A stretch of DNA of 64,000 nucleotides. Source: Vairimorpha necatrix (taxonomy: Eukaryota). The stretch spans positions 868,001 through 932,000 of the forward strand of contig CP142726.1 of NCBI GenBank assembly GCA_036630325.1, given 5' to 3'. The notes below the pieces were generated by a model. It searched no databases, had not been told where the DNA came from, and saw only the letters and a list, made by a program, of their open reading frames with translations. Shown here piece by piece: positions 36,601-48,090 of the stretch; position 1 is the stretch's first letter; every line of letters starts with the position of its first letter. Both the position numbers and the translations under genes were made by a program.

Positions 36601-38184
36601 CTTTATATTTTTATTAAGAAATTCGTATTTGTCATCTTTGTCTATTTGAGTGTAATTGTTCAATATGAAAGATGTTAGAAAAGGTAGATGAGTGTTTAAG
36701 ACTGTGTCATCGTAGACATTGTAATTTTCTAAGCAGAAGTTTATGACTTTCATGACACTAGATACGCTATTAATTATAGACAAAGTAGAACTATAAGATT
36801 CCTCTTTAATGTTTGATAGTGCCTTCTTGAGCTCTAAATATAATATTTTCCATAGCCTGTCTAGATCTGTCGTGACAAAATGTCTGCTCAAGTCTATGAC
36901 GTCTTGTTGGGTCATTACTTTCGATCTTTCTAAAATCGGAAAGCCTGGCCTGCCTTTTTCTTTGTAATCTTTAGTGTAAACTAAGACTTCAAAGAGGAGA
37001 CCCTCTAGGATCTTCTCTGTCAATTTATTCTTGTCTGACAGAGTAATGAAGATTTTAAAAAAGGATTGAGTAGTAGAAGGATTTCTAAGAATCCTCAAAA
37101 GAGTCTTATTTATTATTTTGTCTAACCTACCCAATTTCGTCTTTTCTGATTTTTTAATTATTTTTGTATCTTCCTCGATTTTATTTATAATTTGTTTATC
37201 TTCCATTTTCGCTTCTATAATTTCATCTATTATATTATTTGCATTCATTTCTTCTTTGTCGATTACATTGTCTTCATCTTTTAGGTCATCTAATACTTCT
37301 TTAAATTCTTCATCTAGAGCAGCTTCGTCTAACTCATCTTCTTTAAATTCTTCTTCTTCGTTTGTACTAAGATATTGAAATATTCGCTTGTTTAAACTTT
37401 GTTCTCTTTTTGTGAATATCTGAAACATTCCTTCTAATATTTCACAGTTCATTTCACTACTTAAATTTTTACTAGGGAACATATACAAGATCAAATTCAA
37501 TGTATTCCTCAATATCAACAAATCTTCACTTCTCAATCCTTCTTTTAAGGCTCTGATTACTAAAATCTTATCGAACACCATCTCTTCGTAATTTAAAGGC
37601 TCGTTCATTAAAAACAATATAACTGATAATCTATATTCGACATTCTGGAGAAAGATCTGCCACATGGAAATATAAAAGACCTTTTTGTCTATTAAATCCT
37701 TGTACTTGCTTAATAAATCAAGTCCAATTTTGTAATATTCGCCGTCTGTGTCTATAGACGGCAAAATGCCGTACAAAACATTAATAGTAAAAGACTCTAT
37801 TTTTACACCTAAAGGAATAATAAATTTATCTAGTAAACTAAGATAAGAGCTAAGAACTAAGACTCGGGAATTTATACCAAAATTAAAGAGGCCCAGTGTG
37901 TACACGCCGAAATTACTAATAAAGTCATCTTCAGAGATAGTAGAAAATATTATAGAATAAGTCTCTAAGGCCTTGAGATGGACTCCAGCAGGAAGAAGAG
38001 GGTTTAAACATTGATTAAGTCTTTTTGATAAATATTCTAGCTTAGGAATAAATGGTAAGGAATATGTCTCAATAGTAGTGTCTATAGAAGTGAGAAGAGA
38101 AATGAAATCGGGCCATTCTTTGGCATTTTTAAAATAGTCAAGTTTCCTTGTAATTTCAAGTGTGTATTTCTCCTTAAGCGACAT
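33643..38184 (-). CDS. DOP1: Dopey/DOP1 family membrane-trafficking protein
   Basis: Dopey N-terminal motifs EWPDFISLL, LSKRLNQCLNPLLPAGVHLKALETYSIIF; C-terminal LKRIAFLIFS and LFPVIFTEI. Confidence 0.93.
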   Translation of the reverse strand: MSLKEKYTLEITRKLDYFKNAKEWPDFISLLTSIDTTIETYSLPFIPKLEYLSKRLNQCLNPLLPAGVHLKALETYSIIFSTISEDDFISNFGVYTLGLFNFGINSRVLVLSSYLSLLDKFIIPLGVKIESFTINVLYGILPSIDTDGEYYKIGLDLLSKYKDLIDKKVFYISMWQIFLQNVEYRLSVILFLMNEPLNYEEMVFDKILVIRALKEGLRSEDLLILRNTLNLILYMFPSKNLSSEMNCEILEGMFQIFTKREQSLNKRIFQYLSTNEEEEFKEDELDEAALDEEFKEVLDDLKDEDNVIDKEEMNANNIIDEIIEAKMEDKQIINKIEEDTKIIKKSEKTKLGRLDKIINKTLLRILRNPSTTQSFFKIFITLSDKNKLTEKILEGLLFEVLVYTKDYKEKGRPGFPILERSKVMTQQDVIDLSRHFVTTDLDRLWKILYLELKKALSNIKEESYSSTLSIINSVSSVMKVINFCLENYNVYDDTVLNTHLPFLTSFILNNYTQIDKDDKYEFLNKNIKKMILKDQILNIPENFFDLIDEFYTKENIKILQKIHPSCASCIGKFIIKYIDEENYKICLDFYEFNKIRHFRQEYYNWMINKSTKVIKESMGIFDESSGVNSKILFRELWYRFVNSQENVKKSHENVTDGNEKFNNESLLDKKLVEFDNKKTVSTLIYEYNKIFNRKYERLLIKKIYDQNIITFLKLILNNQQGHFYNIFYIVNCKTPSQDPQLKSLIKSIYNFKEIFQYIVNKYKEDKNSKGILKIIKNIVENSEIFRTKINELWNEENVTYKNIVFDILITIYLRGEDEIIKDQVDQEDINEESNEKDELNNIEIINEEIIDEEINENSGEKDKSNKSCRKKLHHRNLKIRAIKIIQYLIKAEIINKFDIAKVNFESVINLCRKYKNDPALILPTGDLLELKDDSQILNSYSEILYEECFYFDDLLNFIFNLDTKHKIIIFPNLLENVKDGKYSFTIYNLIINKMLDLNYTNFNWAQITKSMIKKFIFFYETNFEESDDVYTRRQKIQNIDELSISLFNTFSGYFIEYLINSKFSSKYISNLSFRERLYSGILSSYAINQDKTFKFLMDFDSILTEDELLEIHSKFKMTLYQITNYRSFSDFYTLLYLLRTYSLLLDEHSQLLSTIYQTISCMQKNDLNESEIMLLLDFLCKLQYTSKIRSALLTFLSYFFNLLKKFYKLIDKLLILLENPTITVKNMKNFLLDYLDTKDFFLYEINKKSYIYKQLINIELNIMDDLIYKLESSFFVSQVSDINIKCNVLKRIAFLIFSNDFNKFLGFIPKMIELIVNFIQHNSTKVRKQIWFLIKIICVKIHHSKLLPLFPVIFTEILTFLNQNKIVENFEYLEICKLMDLIFLVNSCETFEFKNFCIGTSFRDEKLEEKNQEINDTNKQLRAYPLFTILYKKLSPVDLEISKNLENQDTRHLFFTQKNQEKRKLFFTQKNINLEDILRFFKSGAEFYNLQDTNNQVIDVDLLEKTLILEFQD

Positions 38185-38956
38185 GGGGGTAAAGTTAAAA
38201 AGAAAATATATTCTACGTTCAAATATGTTTTATATGTAAAATAATTTAATTTTATTTGTTTGAAGTGCTTTGGTATTAGTTAATATACATGAAAATAAGC
38301 CTCTATTCTGCCATTTACAGGTAATGTAGGCTTCGACACAAGCTTAGATGCGCACAGAAACACCACCTGGCTAGAAGATTTGTTTTGATGGGTCTATTGA
38401 GAGATAAAGAAAATGAATGACTTTTGACAAGGCGTCATCACAGGCCACTTATGTAAGAAACCCATATAACTTGTTTGATTGGTTACTGATTCTCAGATGT
38501 CAAATATCGCCAGTGTTGTACATTTACAATTACAAACAAAAACACCTTCGAGTAGATAAAACTCAGGAACTTAATACACTCAAATAAATTAAACTATTAA
38601 AACATAGGAAAAAATTACTTGTCAGATTAAAGTCAGTCTCTCAGAAACTATTTGTTTGCATTCTTACTTCTTTCTTATTTACTTCCGTGTTCATTTTCCG
38701 GCGACTAAGCAGTTTCATTTTGAGTTTTTTATATCTTGAAAATTTAATTTGCTATTCACCTCTGGCTCGTGTTCATATTGTTTCTGGAAATCAAGTACAT
38801 ATTACTTCGCAATTTTATAATTTAGGCTTGTAATTATTAGAAAAAATTGTATGGGCTTTAAAGACTCGTACTTACATTTATTTTCTGTTTTCAAGTTGTC
38901 AAATTAAAAATTTTATATTGATTGATGATAACTTTATTGTGTGCAGCAATATATGA

Positions 38957-41021
38957 TATAAACAGTAAATATTTAATTTATTTCATAATTAATGTCAAAC
39001 ATAATTTCATCTTTCGCATTCAGAAAATTAAATTCATCAATTTCTATTTTGGCGTGTTTTATTAGGCGATCTGGGTAAATATCAAAATACTTAATTTTAC
39101 TGTTTTCTGTGTATTTGTAAACATCATTTTTTACGAAGAGATTTTTAATATTCTGTATTGTGTCAGAATATTTTCTAGTGTAAAACTCGGAAATTCTCTT
39201 TCTTATTTTTCGCTTGGTCGACTTGCTTCTAAATTTCTTGGAAGATCTGCGATCTTCTAATCTATTAAATTTTTCATTTTGTAAATTAGTGATATAATAT
39301 TGCCTGTATTTTGTTATAACTCTTTCTAATTCTGAATAATATAAATTAATAAAGAATTTGCTTATCAAATTATACTTTAAATAGTATAGTTTAAGAATAT
39401 TTTCTATTTGGTATTTATTTATGTCTGTAGATTTGATAATTTTATTATTTTTAGGAATATGTTTCAAAGAGGTGACAATTCTAGTGTATGGATTGAACTT
39501 AGAACAGGATTTTTTATATACAATTCCTGGTGTATCATTTTTATTTGATCTATCGTCATTTGTGCAATTAGAATAAATTAAGCTATATTCATCATAATTA
39601 ACTGAATTATCGGCTACTATATGTTTATTTTCCATTTTAGCGCCCATTATATCACGAATGCCTGTTGTATCTTCATTCATATTATTTATTACTGATGTAT
39701 TTAGAATTATACTGTCTGTGAAAATATTACTCGACTCAAAATCATCTTCTTTATTTTCTATATGCTTATTTGTTTCTAAAGATACAAATTTATATTGTAT
39801 ATCTACAAACAACTCATCGTACGTAAAATCTGCGTACAAAGGGCTGCTCAACTCTATTTTATATTTAGTATTAATATTTTCAATATAACTTGGTACGTCG
39901 GATAAACTGCCCAAATCTACACAATCTTCAATAAACAAAATAAACTCTTTGTTTCTATATTCAATATAATAATCTTTTATATTTATACACATTCCTTTGT
40001 GCAAATTAATCTTAGAATTAGTAATTTGAGCTCTAATAAAGAAATCTTTATCTCTTAGAATAAGATCAGATTTGTGTTTTGATAAGATTATATCAACAAT
40101 TTGGACATTTTGATGAGATTTATCCATTGTGTCATTTCTTAGAAGCTTGGTTATTGAATCAGAAAACCAATTTTTCAAGAAAAAGACCATTGGGATTATA
40201 GGGGGATATAGAAAAACAAAGAGAGGAGTAAAATAATATAGACGCATTGTGTAAGCAAATAAAATATGGAGAGAAAATGACTCAGACTTTTTTAGATTAG
40301 TAGACATGTATAAACTGATGATAAGGTTATGTTTTAATAGGAAAATACGATAAAACTATGTAAAATAATAAAAAGTCATAATTTAAAAAAAATGCTCATT
40401 ATTTTTATAAAATCTTACTTTATGTGATCTTTTGGATTTCCAACAGACCATGAAGAATGTTTTAAGCTAAGCTTTTTATTATGCTCTAAGCCCCCGGGCA
40501 TGTTTTCCTTTATGTTTATAGGCGAGAAAATATTGTACAATATTTCCTTCAAAATTCATAATAGAAGGAAGCGGCGGAATACTTATAGAATGGTATATCT
40601 CGTCCAGAGGAAACTAAGGATCAATAAAGGGTTATTTCTTGACACTTGCTATTTCAAATTTTTTTTTCCTATTTGCTTAAGAATGTTTGTAAAAAATAGT
40701 TTGTTTGTTAAATAAGGTTAACCTTAAAAAACTATAAATATTCTGGTATTTGCATGAATACAGAATGCCAAATTCTTATACACAAGAGAGTCGTACATGA
40801 AAAATATAAGCAAAAAATATATAGAGAATAAAAATGTAATAACTATAAAATAAAATTTGACTTTCTCTTGTATTAAGAGAAAGGAAGAAACCTTACATAA
40901 AGATCTGATGGACTTGTTTTGCGATCCTCATCTTTCTGATACTGCGAGATTCTTACTCATTAAAAACCCTCCATATAATTTGCTAGTGCAGCAACCTGCG
41001 CCGTATCCATTGAACTTTGTC
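38957..41021 (-). repeat. ~2.07-kb segmental duplication, copy 2
   Basis: Reverse complement of 9346-11414. Confidence 0.95.
38973..40190 (-). CDS. Hypothetical protein with N-terminal TPP1/Est3-like OB fold, copy 2
   Basis: Near-identical to 10180-11397. ATG at 40190 is preceded by atccca (CCC motif); the upstream in-frame extension to 40307 is not open in copy 1. Confidence 0.6.
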   Translation of the reverse strand: MVFFLKNWFSDSITKLLRNDTMDKSHQNVQIVDIILSKHKSDLILRDKDFFIRAQITNSKINLHKGMCINIKDYYIEYRNKEFILFIEDCVDLGSLSDVPSYIENINTKYKIELSSPLYADFTYDELFVDIQYKFVSLETNKHIENKEDDFESSNIFTDSIILNTSVINNMNEDTTGIRDIMGAKMENKHIVADNSVNYDEYSLIYSNCTNDDRSNKNDTPGIVYKKSCSKFNPYTRIVTSLKHIPKNNKIIKSTDINKYQIENILKLYYLKYNLISKFFINLYYSELERVITKYRQYYITNLQNEKFNRLEDRRSSKKFRSKSTKRKIRKRISEFYTRKYSDTIQNIKNLFVKNDVYKYTENSKIKYFDIYPDRLIKHAKIEIDEFNFLNAKDEIMFDINYEIN

Positions 41022-41370
41022 TTAGAGGAATCGGTTATTATCTTTATTCTTATCTCTGTCCATAGTATACGAGCAAATATTTTATCGCACACGTTTTAAC
41101 AACGGGAGCCGGGACATCATCGTACTAACTCAAAGGTGCCTGCCATCATCTACATCTTACATACATTCCTTATGCCGCCACGTCCCAAGTCCTTATTTTA
41201 AAGGCCGTGTCAACGACATAATCTGACGACAATTATGACCAGAGTGTCGCAGAATTATATTGGAAAAGGTCCACGAACCCTCTTTCCTCCACTTCGTCTG
41301 GTCTCTAGATTTAGCAAAATGATCCTTCATCGAGCGTATCCATCTCGAACCTTTTCTATCCATACAGTTG
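40863..41370 (-). mobile_element. Diverged 5'-truncated SINE copy
   Basis: gatcctcatc..., gattcttactca, ccgtatccattg, catcatcgtactaactcaaagg colinear with 50320-50800. Confidence 0.75.
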
Positions 41371-41547
41371 TTTACGTACAATGGCGTGTAATTACCTACA
41401 TTATATATGACTTTAAAGTGCGTTTTTACGTTATACATGAAACTACTGTGGCTATACGCCTACATGTTATAGTACAACCTAATGATTGGCGTGAGCACAT
41501 TTTTATACTTGGAAATAATAAATCTTAGCAAAAAACAAATTTAGTTT

Positions 41548-42118
41548 AGTGCATGACCGTTTAGAACCCGCATTGGAAATTTGAAAAAGGGAGAATAAAA
41601 AAAGAGACTTGCCGATTTATTTAAATAATAAAAGAATATGATTTATACATAGAATTTTCATCATTTAATGAGCTCAAAATAAATAAAAGGTACTCATAGT
41701 GTTCGTCCTGGTTTATTTTATCTCTAGACAGAATGTCTCTCTTAGAAAAAGCCAAATTCATCAATTTGTTTAGTATCGTATCGATGATCGTTTGAGTTTA
41801 TAAAATTGATGAAGTGATGATTGTTTTATGATTTGTCTTAATGGGCAGCATAGCTTTCCATTGATAGTGGGACAATAGAACTAGGTAATACATTATCTTG
41901 TATTACTTTAAGAAAAATAGCCGCATTTCCTTTGGCCTTAGAACAAGTAAGGCATAAGCTGGTTCTGCATTATAAAATTTTTTTGAAAGAAACATTATTT
42001 TATTTCCATATTCAAAAAGATACGTCTGTTTTAACAAATTTTGTTATTACCAATTTTGCCATTTTCTCATAAAGAGTTCTTTTAAATTTTCAATTCGCGT
42101 TCGTAACGGTCATGCACC
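41548..42118. mobile_element. Non-autonomous TIR element (probably Merlin-type MITE)
   Basis: ~38-bp imperfect TIRs (gtgcatgaccgtt...) and perfect 8-bp TSD tttagttt (41540-41547, 42119-42126). Confidence 0.8.
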
Positions 42119-42537
42119 TTTAGTTTTCGGCAAAAATTTACCCTGAATATTGCATGTTTTAATACTACGTGTTCGACCTTAAGCTACTTGGCCTTTTACA
42201 AAAATATATAACAGAATTGTGGACCATGGTTTGACATTTAGAGATATTGGAAAGGCTTGACCAAATACAAATTAAGAAAATTGTAGTTCATAAAATCTCT
42301 AAAACTAAAAGGTCTTTAAGATTTACACATTTAGAAATTATTTAACTCTCAATATGATTAGGAAGACGCCCAAAGTTAATTTAAAGTTATTAATAAATTG
42401 AGTTCAAAGTTATTTTTTAAACATAAATATTGCGTCATTAAAAATAAGCATTAGTTTTTACAATTTTATGAAGTTTCCATTGATTTAAAGATAAAATTTT
42501 TTTATTTTTTTATTCCTAGGGCTTTTACACTAATACT

Positions 42538-43593
42538 GGTTAAGTTCTCGACTTAACCCCCCCCCCCACTCCTAAAAAATAAAAAAATTATTCCACAATT
42601 GTAAAATCTATTTCAGGAATAATATCATATGCTAAAATACTAAAATTACCTATTTCAAAAAATTCTACAATTTATCTAATAGATTTTCACGATATATTAA
42701 TTTGAATCTATTAATGTAAATCTTTCTTACAAGATTCATAATAGTACCATGACTAGTTCCGCTTTTTCTTAGTTCTCTTTAGAGAATCGACCACATTCCC
42801 TCTATAGTCTGAGTATGCGCACCAGTTATATTATCAACAAAATTTTGGCTGTGATTCACAGTCAAATGTAGATACTCATATTCTACACAGATTGTTTGAA
42901 TATCACCATAGCCGCGCCAACAATCTGTCACAATTGTGGTCCCCGGAGCAATTTTTCTTGTGATTAATTTAACAAGAGTAGCTCTTGTTCTATTTTCTAC
43001 GATTTTAAAGAAAAAAGAATTCGCATCTCCTCTCACAACGCCTCCAACTGCCCATACTTGATATTGAAGAACCCTCCCCGCATGGTTTTTACTTTTTACA
43101 AGTAAAGTTTCATCAATTTCAACAATACAACCGACGCTGCCAATCGTTTGATTGTTTATATATGTTGAATAGCAGACGTACACGGCGTTATTAAAACGCG
43201 TAAACCATCTTGATCCCGTACATTTACCTATATCAAGTTCTAACGTTGCGGCCAAATTACTTGAACCTTTACCCATGCGCAAAGCAATGCAAAAAGATCC
43301 TCAATAGGCAATTTTGAGTTCTTAAAAACGCTTTGTTTCATTATGGTTCCTTTGTTAGAACATTTTGTACCATCACGTCTTAAATAACAACGATAGTTTT
43401 CAGTGTTGGTCCGATTTTGAGTCATTGGTATATTGCATTTATTGCACATAGGGACCCTCAAAATGTTTTTTTGCAATTAAAAATTGCATTAACTCATTTT
43501 TTTTATAGATGAGTTTTCTGAATTCTTTAATTCTAATTATGGGTCAAATTATTTATTTTTTTTAGGGGGGGGGGGTAAGTCGAGAACTTAACC
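42538..43593 (-). mobile_element. Merlin DNA transposon, frameshifted transposase
   Basis: TIRs GGTTAAGTTCTCGACTTA(A)CCCCCCC; VEIDETLL.K.K.HAGR, IVTDCWRGY, TVNHSQNFVD..TGAHTQTIEGMW. Confidence 0.92.
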
Positions 43594-44149
43594 AATAATT
43601 ATATATGGCATACAGAGCGTAAGAAAATGAAGTTTTCAACCCCAAAATTGAATTTTCAATACTGTTTTTTAAGCTATACCTAAGCTTATACCAATCAATC
43701 TACAAATTCTCTGAGATTTATAGCAACATTTAATTGTGCTTTATGGAAAATTTGTATCCATGGCCAACGTATTGTTTCATTTAGGTTAGGCAAAGAAAGA
43801 TTTATGATCTATTTCCCCGTGTCCAGGCCTGTAATAAGGGTAAAATTTTTTTTTAAAATTATCAAATAGTTAAGATTTTATGACTAAAAAAATATTAAGG
43901 CGAATAAATTAAACCAAATATTAAAAATACCTTAATGAGCTTTATTAAGCGCAAATATATTTCTTTATTTCACGGCTCGAGTCCAAATTCAAAACGTATA
44001 AAAATATAGAATGACCGGGCTCTGAATGTTGCGCCTCAAATTAATTCATATCAAATAGTGAGTTAATATTAAAAAACAAGTAAGCAGAATAAATGCTAAA
44101 ATATATACGCAATATAAAATATAAAAGAAGAAATTTATTTTAAATTCTT

Positions 44150-46677
44150 TTAATATTGATAAACATACTCCCCTATTTGTTCTCCCACTTGATTTTCATA
44201 AGTTCCATAGCATTTTACAAATAAAATTGAGTTGTCGGTTCTCTTTAGTAATATTTGCGTCAGTGCACTTATAAAATGAGTCTGTACCAATCTTTTCATC
44301 AATCTTGCTCCGTACACAGATGAATGCGCTTTTACTACTATTTCCTCGGCCACTGCTTGACTTATTACGAATTTCATATTCTTTTCTTCTAGTCTCAAGT
44401 TGAGTTCATTGATTTGATATTCAAGAATCTTACTGAGGCAATTAAAATCTAACTGGTTGAAATAAATGACATTATCAATTCTGTTGACAAAAGGCGGCCC
44501 AAATCTCTGTAATACTATTCCTTCTAGTTCTGATCTTTCCTTTTCTCCTATACTAGGACTATTCATTATGACATGTTGACCGAGATTAGAAGTCATAATT
44601 ATTACACAATTCCTGTAATCCACGACCACCCCCTTGCCGTCTGTAATTCGTCCCTCGTCAAGTAGTTGATACAAAACATTGAGCACAGACTGGTGGGCCA
44701 AATCTACCTCGTCCAAAAGGATGACATTGTAAGGCTTCCTTCTTATGGGCTCAGTAAGTGTGCCCCCTTCATTGTACCCGACATACCCAGCAGAGGCACC
44801 TATTAATTTAGTCACTGATAGTTCATTTCCATAGTCACTCATGTCGAGAACTACCATGTTCTTCTCATCATCAAATAATTCAGAGGCCACTGCCTTGGCC
44901 AACTCAGTTTTTCCTACACCACTAGGCCCTAAAAGTAAAAATGCCCCAATGGGCTTGTCTTTCCTTGCAAGGCCCACTCGCGACTGAAGAATTGAAGACA
45001 CAATGGCATTGACTGCTTCATCTTGCCCAAATATTCTCTTTTTAATTCTAGTAGACATTTCTAATAATCTTTCATTCTCCTTCATAGTCAACCTCTTGAC
45101 CGGTATTCCTGTCCAATTGCTTATCTTCTCTGCTATGTGGTGTGTCTCAATTATTTCTACTCCTGTCAATTTCTTAATTTCTTCTTCTAATACTGGGATC
45201 ACATTCGTCTTCAAATCATAGGCCAAATATGACTGCCTGTCTCTTTCGGCTTGGATTAGTTTCAATTTTGTATCTTCTAATTTTTTACGTAATTCTTTTG
45301 CCTGGATTATGTCTTTTTTCTCATTTAGATAATTTTCCTCTAAAGGTATCATAGATTCTTTAATACCTTCTATCTTCTTTTGAACCTCTTCTAGTTTTTT
45401 ATATATAATTTCTTTATCTTGTGTATTTTTGAGATCCATTTCTAAACTCGTCTTTTCTAATTCAAGTGACCAAATTTTATTTTTTGCCTCTAAAATTTCT
45501 TTGGGTTGACTTTCTAGAGAAATTACGGCGCTCGCACATGCACTGTCAATTAAATCTATGGCTATGTCCGGCAGTCTTCTATTCGGAATGTACTGCTTAG
45601 AAGATTTCGCAGCGTAAACTAAGGCATTGTCACTTATTTTCACCCCATGGTGTAATTCCATTCTTTCTCTAATTCCTCTTAACATTGTAATTGAATCTTC
45701 TATTGATGGCTCTCGTACAGGGACTTGTACAAACCTCCTTTCGAAGGCGGGATCTGATTCTAATATTTTCTATACTCGTCTTCTGTAGTAGCTCCTATAC
45801 ATTTGATAGACCCATTTGCCAGTCCTGGTTTCAACATGTTGGCCGCATCCATGGCACTGTCTGAAGTCTTTCCTGCTCCCAATACAATATGTATCTCATC
45901 AATAAACAAAATTACGCCCGGTGTGCTCTCTGCTTCTTTTATGAGATCCTTCAATCTTTGTTCAAAATCCCCTCTGTGGCAAGCACCCGCCACCATTCCG
46001 CCTACGTCGACATTGTAAATCTTAGCATTTTTTAGCCCTGGAGCTTCTCCATTTGCAATTCTCTGTGCTATGCCATTTACTATAGCTGTCTTACCTACAC
46101 CTGGTTTACCAACCATAATCGCATTACTCTTCGTCTTCTTACAAAGTATTTCTATAATTTCTCTTATTTCTTGTTCTCTACCAATTACAGGATCAAAAAT
46201 ATTTTGTCTAGCTTGGTCGACCATATCAACTGCGAATTTTGACATAATATTTTCTGTATCATCAGCGTTGACATTGTCCATCTTTTTATCGCCCCTAAAG
46301 TTTTTTATCTTTTTTATTATTTCCTCTGTATTGCTAAGATAACTTTTTATATGGTCAAGATTTAGAATATTGATCAAAATCGAGTCAACAGAAACAAATT
46401 CATCATTAGTTTTGAATACTTGTGACAATTTATAAGACATTTGTGGCTCTACTGGTTGGCCTGCTTTCCCGAATGTATTGATTTTATTGATTATTTTGTC
46501 AGTCCAGATATTTGTTTCCTCTTTTGATAAGACCTTTCTTAGGATCGAATTCGAATTTTCTAGTAAGACATTTAGTAAATGTTCTGGTTCTAGTTGAGTG
46601 TTTTTATTAAGTTGTGCTTTTGCAATTGTTTCTTCAATAAGTTCTCTTGCTTTGTTTGTGAATTTTGGATTTGTCAT
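44150..46677 (-). CDS. clpB: Hsp104/ClpB family disaggregase; apparent 1-nt deletion near 45761 splits it into two ORFs
   Basis: NBD1 GKPGVGKT/LFIDEIH; after the frameshift ESDPAFERRF, RRLPDIAIDLID; NBD2 GPSGVGKTE, GYVGY, LLDEVD, GAR. Confidence 0.93.
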
Positions 46678-46714
46678 GAGGTTAAATTTTTGAGTCTTTT
46701 TATAGTTTTATTTT

Positions 46715-46803
46715 TTCTAGAAAATTCTAGAAAAAAATATTTGCAGTTTCGAAAATTCTAGAAAAAAAATATGTCTCAATTTTATGGATAGAAAATTCAA
46801 GAA
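46715..46803. promoter_or_regulatory. Three heat-shock elements upstream of Hsp104/ClpB
   Basis: TTCtaGAAaaTTCtaGAA (46715-46732), GAAaaTTCtaGAA (46751-46763), GAAaaTTCaaGAA (46791-46803): alternating nGAAn units 38-126 bp from the ATG. Confidence 0.85.
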
Positions 46804-47454
46804 AAATTTATTTATGGAAAATTAAGATTGTGTCTAAAATTAATTTAAAGCTTTTTAATTTAAATTTATTAAATCTGGGCATTATTTATTTTTCTTGTAT
46901 TAATTTTTAAATTAATACATGATTGTGTCTATCAAAAGTTAGTTTTAAGTAAACTGACAGTATATATTTTATAAGTTATATCTTACTTTCAGAAAATTAA
47001 ATATGATTAATTTTAAATTAGTTTAAAATTTAAGATAGTAGGCTTTAATTTGTTTGTAAATATTATAATTGAAGTACCTTACATTTATTAAATCTATATA
47101 TTATTAATTATTTTTAGAACTAAACAATTTGCTTTTTGACGCTGATTTCTGTTTTGACCACCCACGGACTCTGCAGGCTTTCATTAAAAGTCTTCTTTAG
47201 TGCCATGGTATAACATGTTATCCATATAAAAGATACATTTTTATGATTAATTTGCCTTTCTTGCAAATGTCTTTAAAATTTAGGCACTGGTAGTTAAAAT
47301 TGTAAGTGCCTGGAAATTCCTAGACAACAAGTTTAAATTTTAAAAGGGATTCAGATTAGTGTTCAAAGCATTGTGTTGATACATAAAGAATCGTGCTAGA
47401 TACCAAATGAGCGACATAAAGTTTTATGTTACTAAGATGTGTTGGAACTTTTCA

Positions 47455-48090
47455 AATGATGAAATATTCTTATAGAAATTTATACGATGATTTACAAAAA
47501 AATTGAGTTTGGGCACTAGGAGACTTACAACTAGTTGCAAATGTACCATATGGTCAGTAAAGATATAAGTTGGATTCGAGCCACTTTACATATAGTACTA
47601 AATTGGTTCTAAAAAGCCCTTGATTGATGCGCTCTAAGACATGATCTATCAAGCTAAAACAAGGAACTAGCATATTAAAACCAAGTTGCTTCGTACTCCT
47701 TATTCTACAGGATTCAGAAACATGCTGATAGAAATTTGTGGGGCTGGTTCCGACACAATCTTTAATGTAAGGGTTGTGTAAGGAGGCGTGTGCAAGATAA
47801 GGATAATTGTAGGGACCTTTGAGCTAGTACGATGATGTCTATTCTATGATTAATAAAACTTTGCGGTAATAATATTTGTTGTAAGTTCGATCGGAGACTT
47901 GAGATATTCATGGAAAAATATTATAATAACACCAAAGTTCAATAATTAAGGCAAAACTTGTTGCACGGCAAGTTTTAGGGAGGATATTTTAGTGAGTAAG
48001 AATCACACAGTACCAGTTGTATAAGAACACAGTAATGTGTCTTTTAGTCCCCACGTGAAACTGCTTCCTTTTTCGTATTTATAAAAAAAT
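47455..48090 (+). mobile_element. Diverged SINE copy
   Basis: ttgtagggacctttgagctagtacgatgatgtct and ttagtgagtaagaatcacacagtaccagttg match the SINE body; 5' boundary approximate. Confidence 0.7.

Noticed and set aside
37118-37378. Antisense ORFs overlapping real genes (also 2917-3108, 10482-10745, 20415-20711, 46070-46342)
   Set aside because: Shadow ORFs caused by codon bias of the sense gene.
44150-46677. Two separate Clp genes
   Set aside because: They are contiguous halves of one Hsp104/ClpB separated by a 1-nt frameshift.
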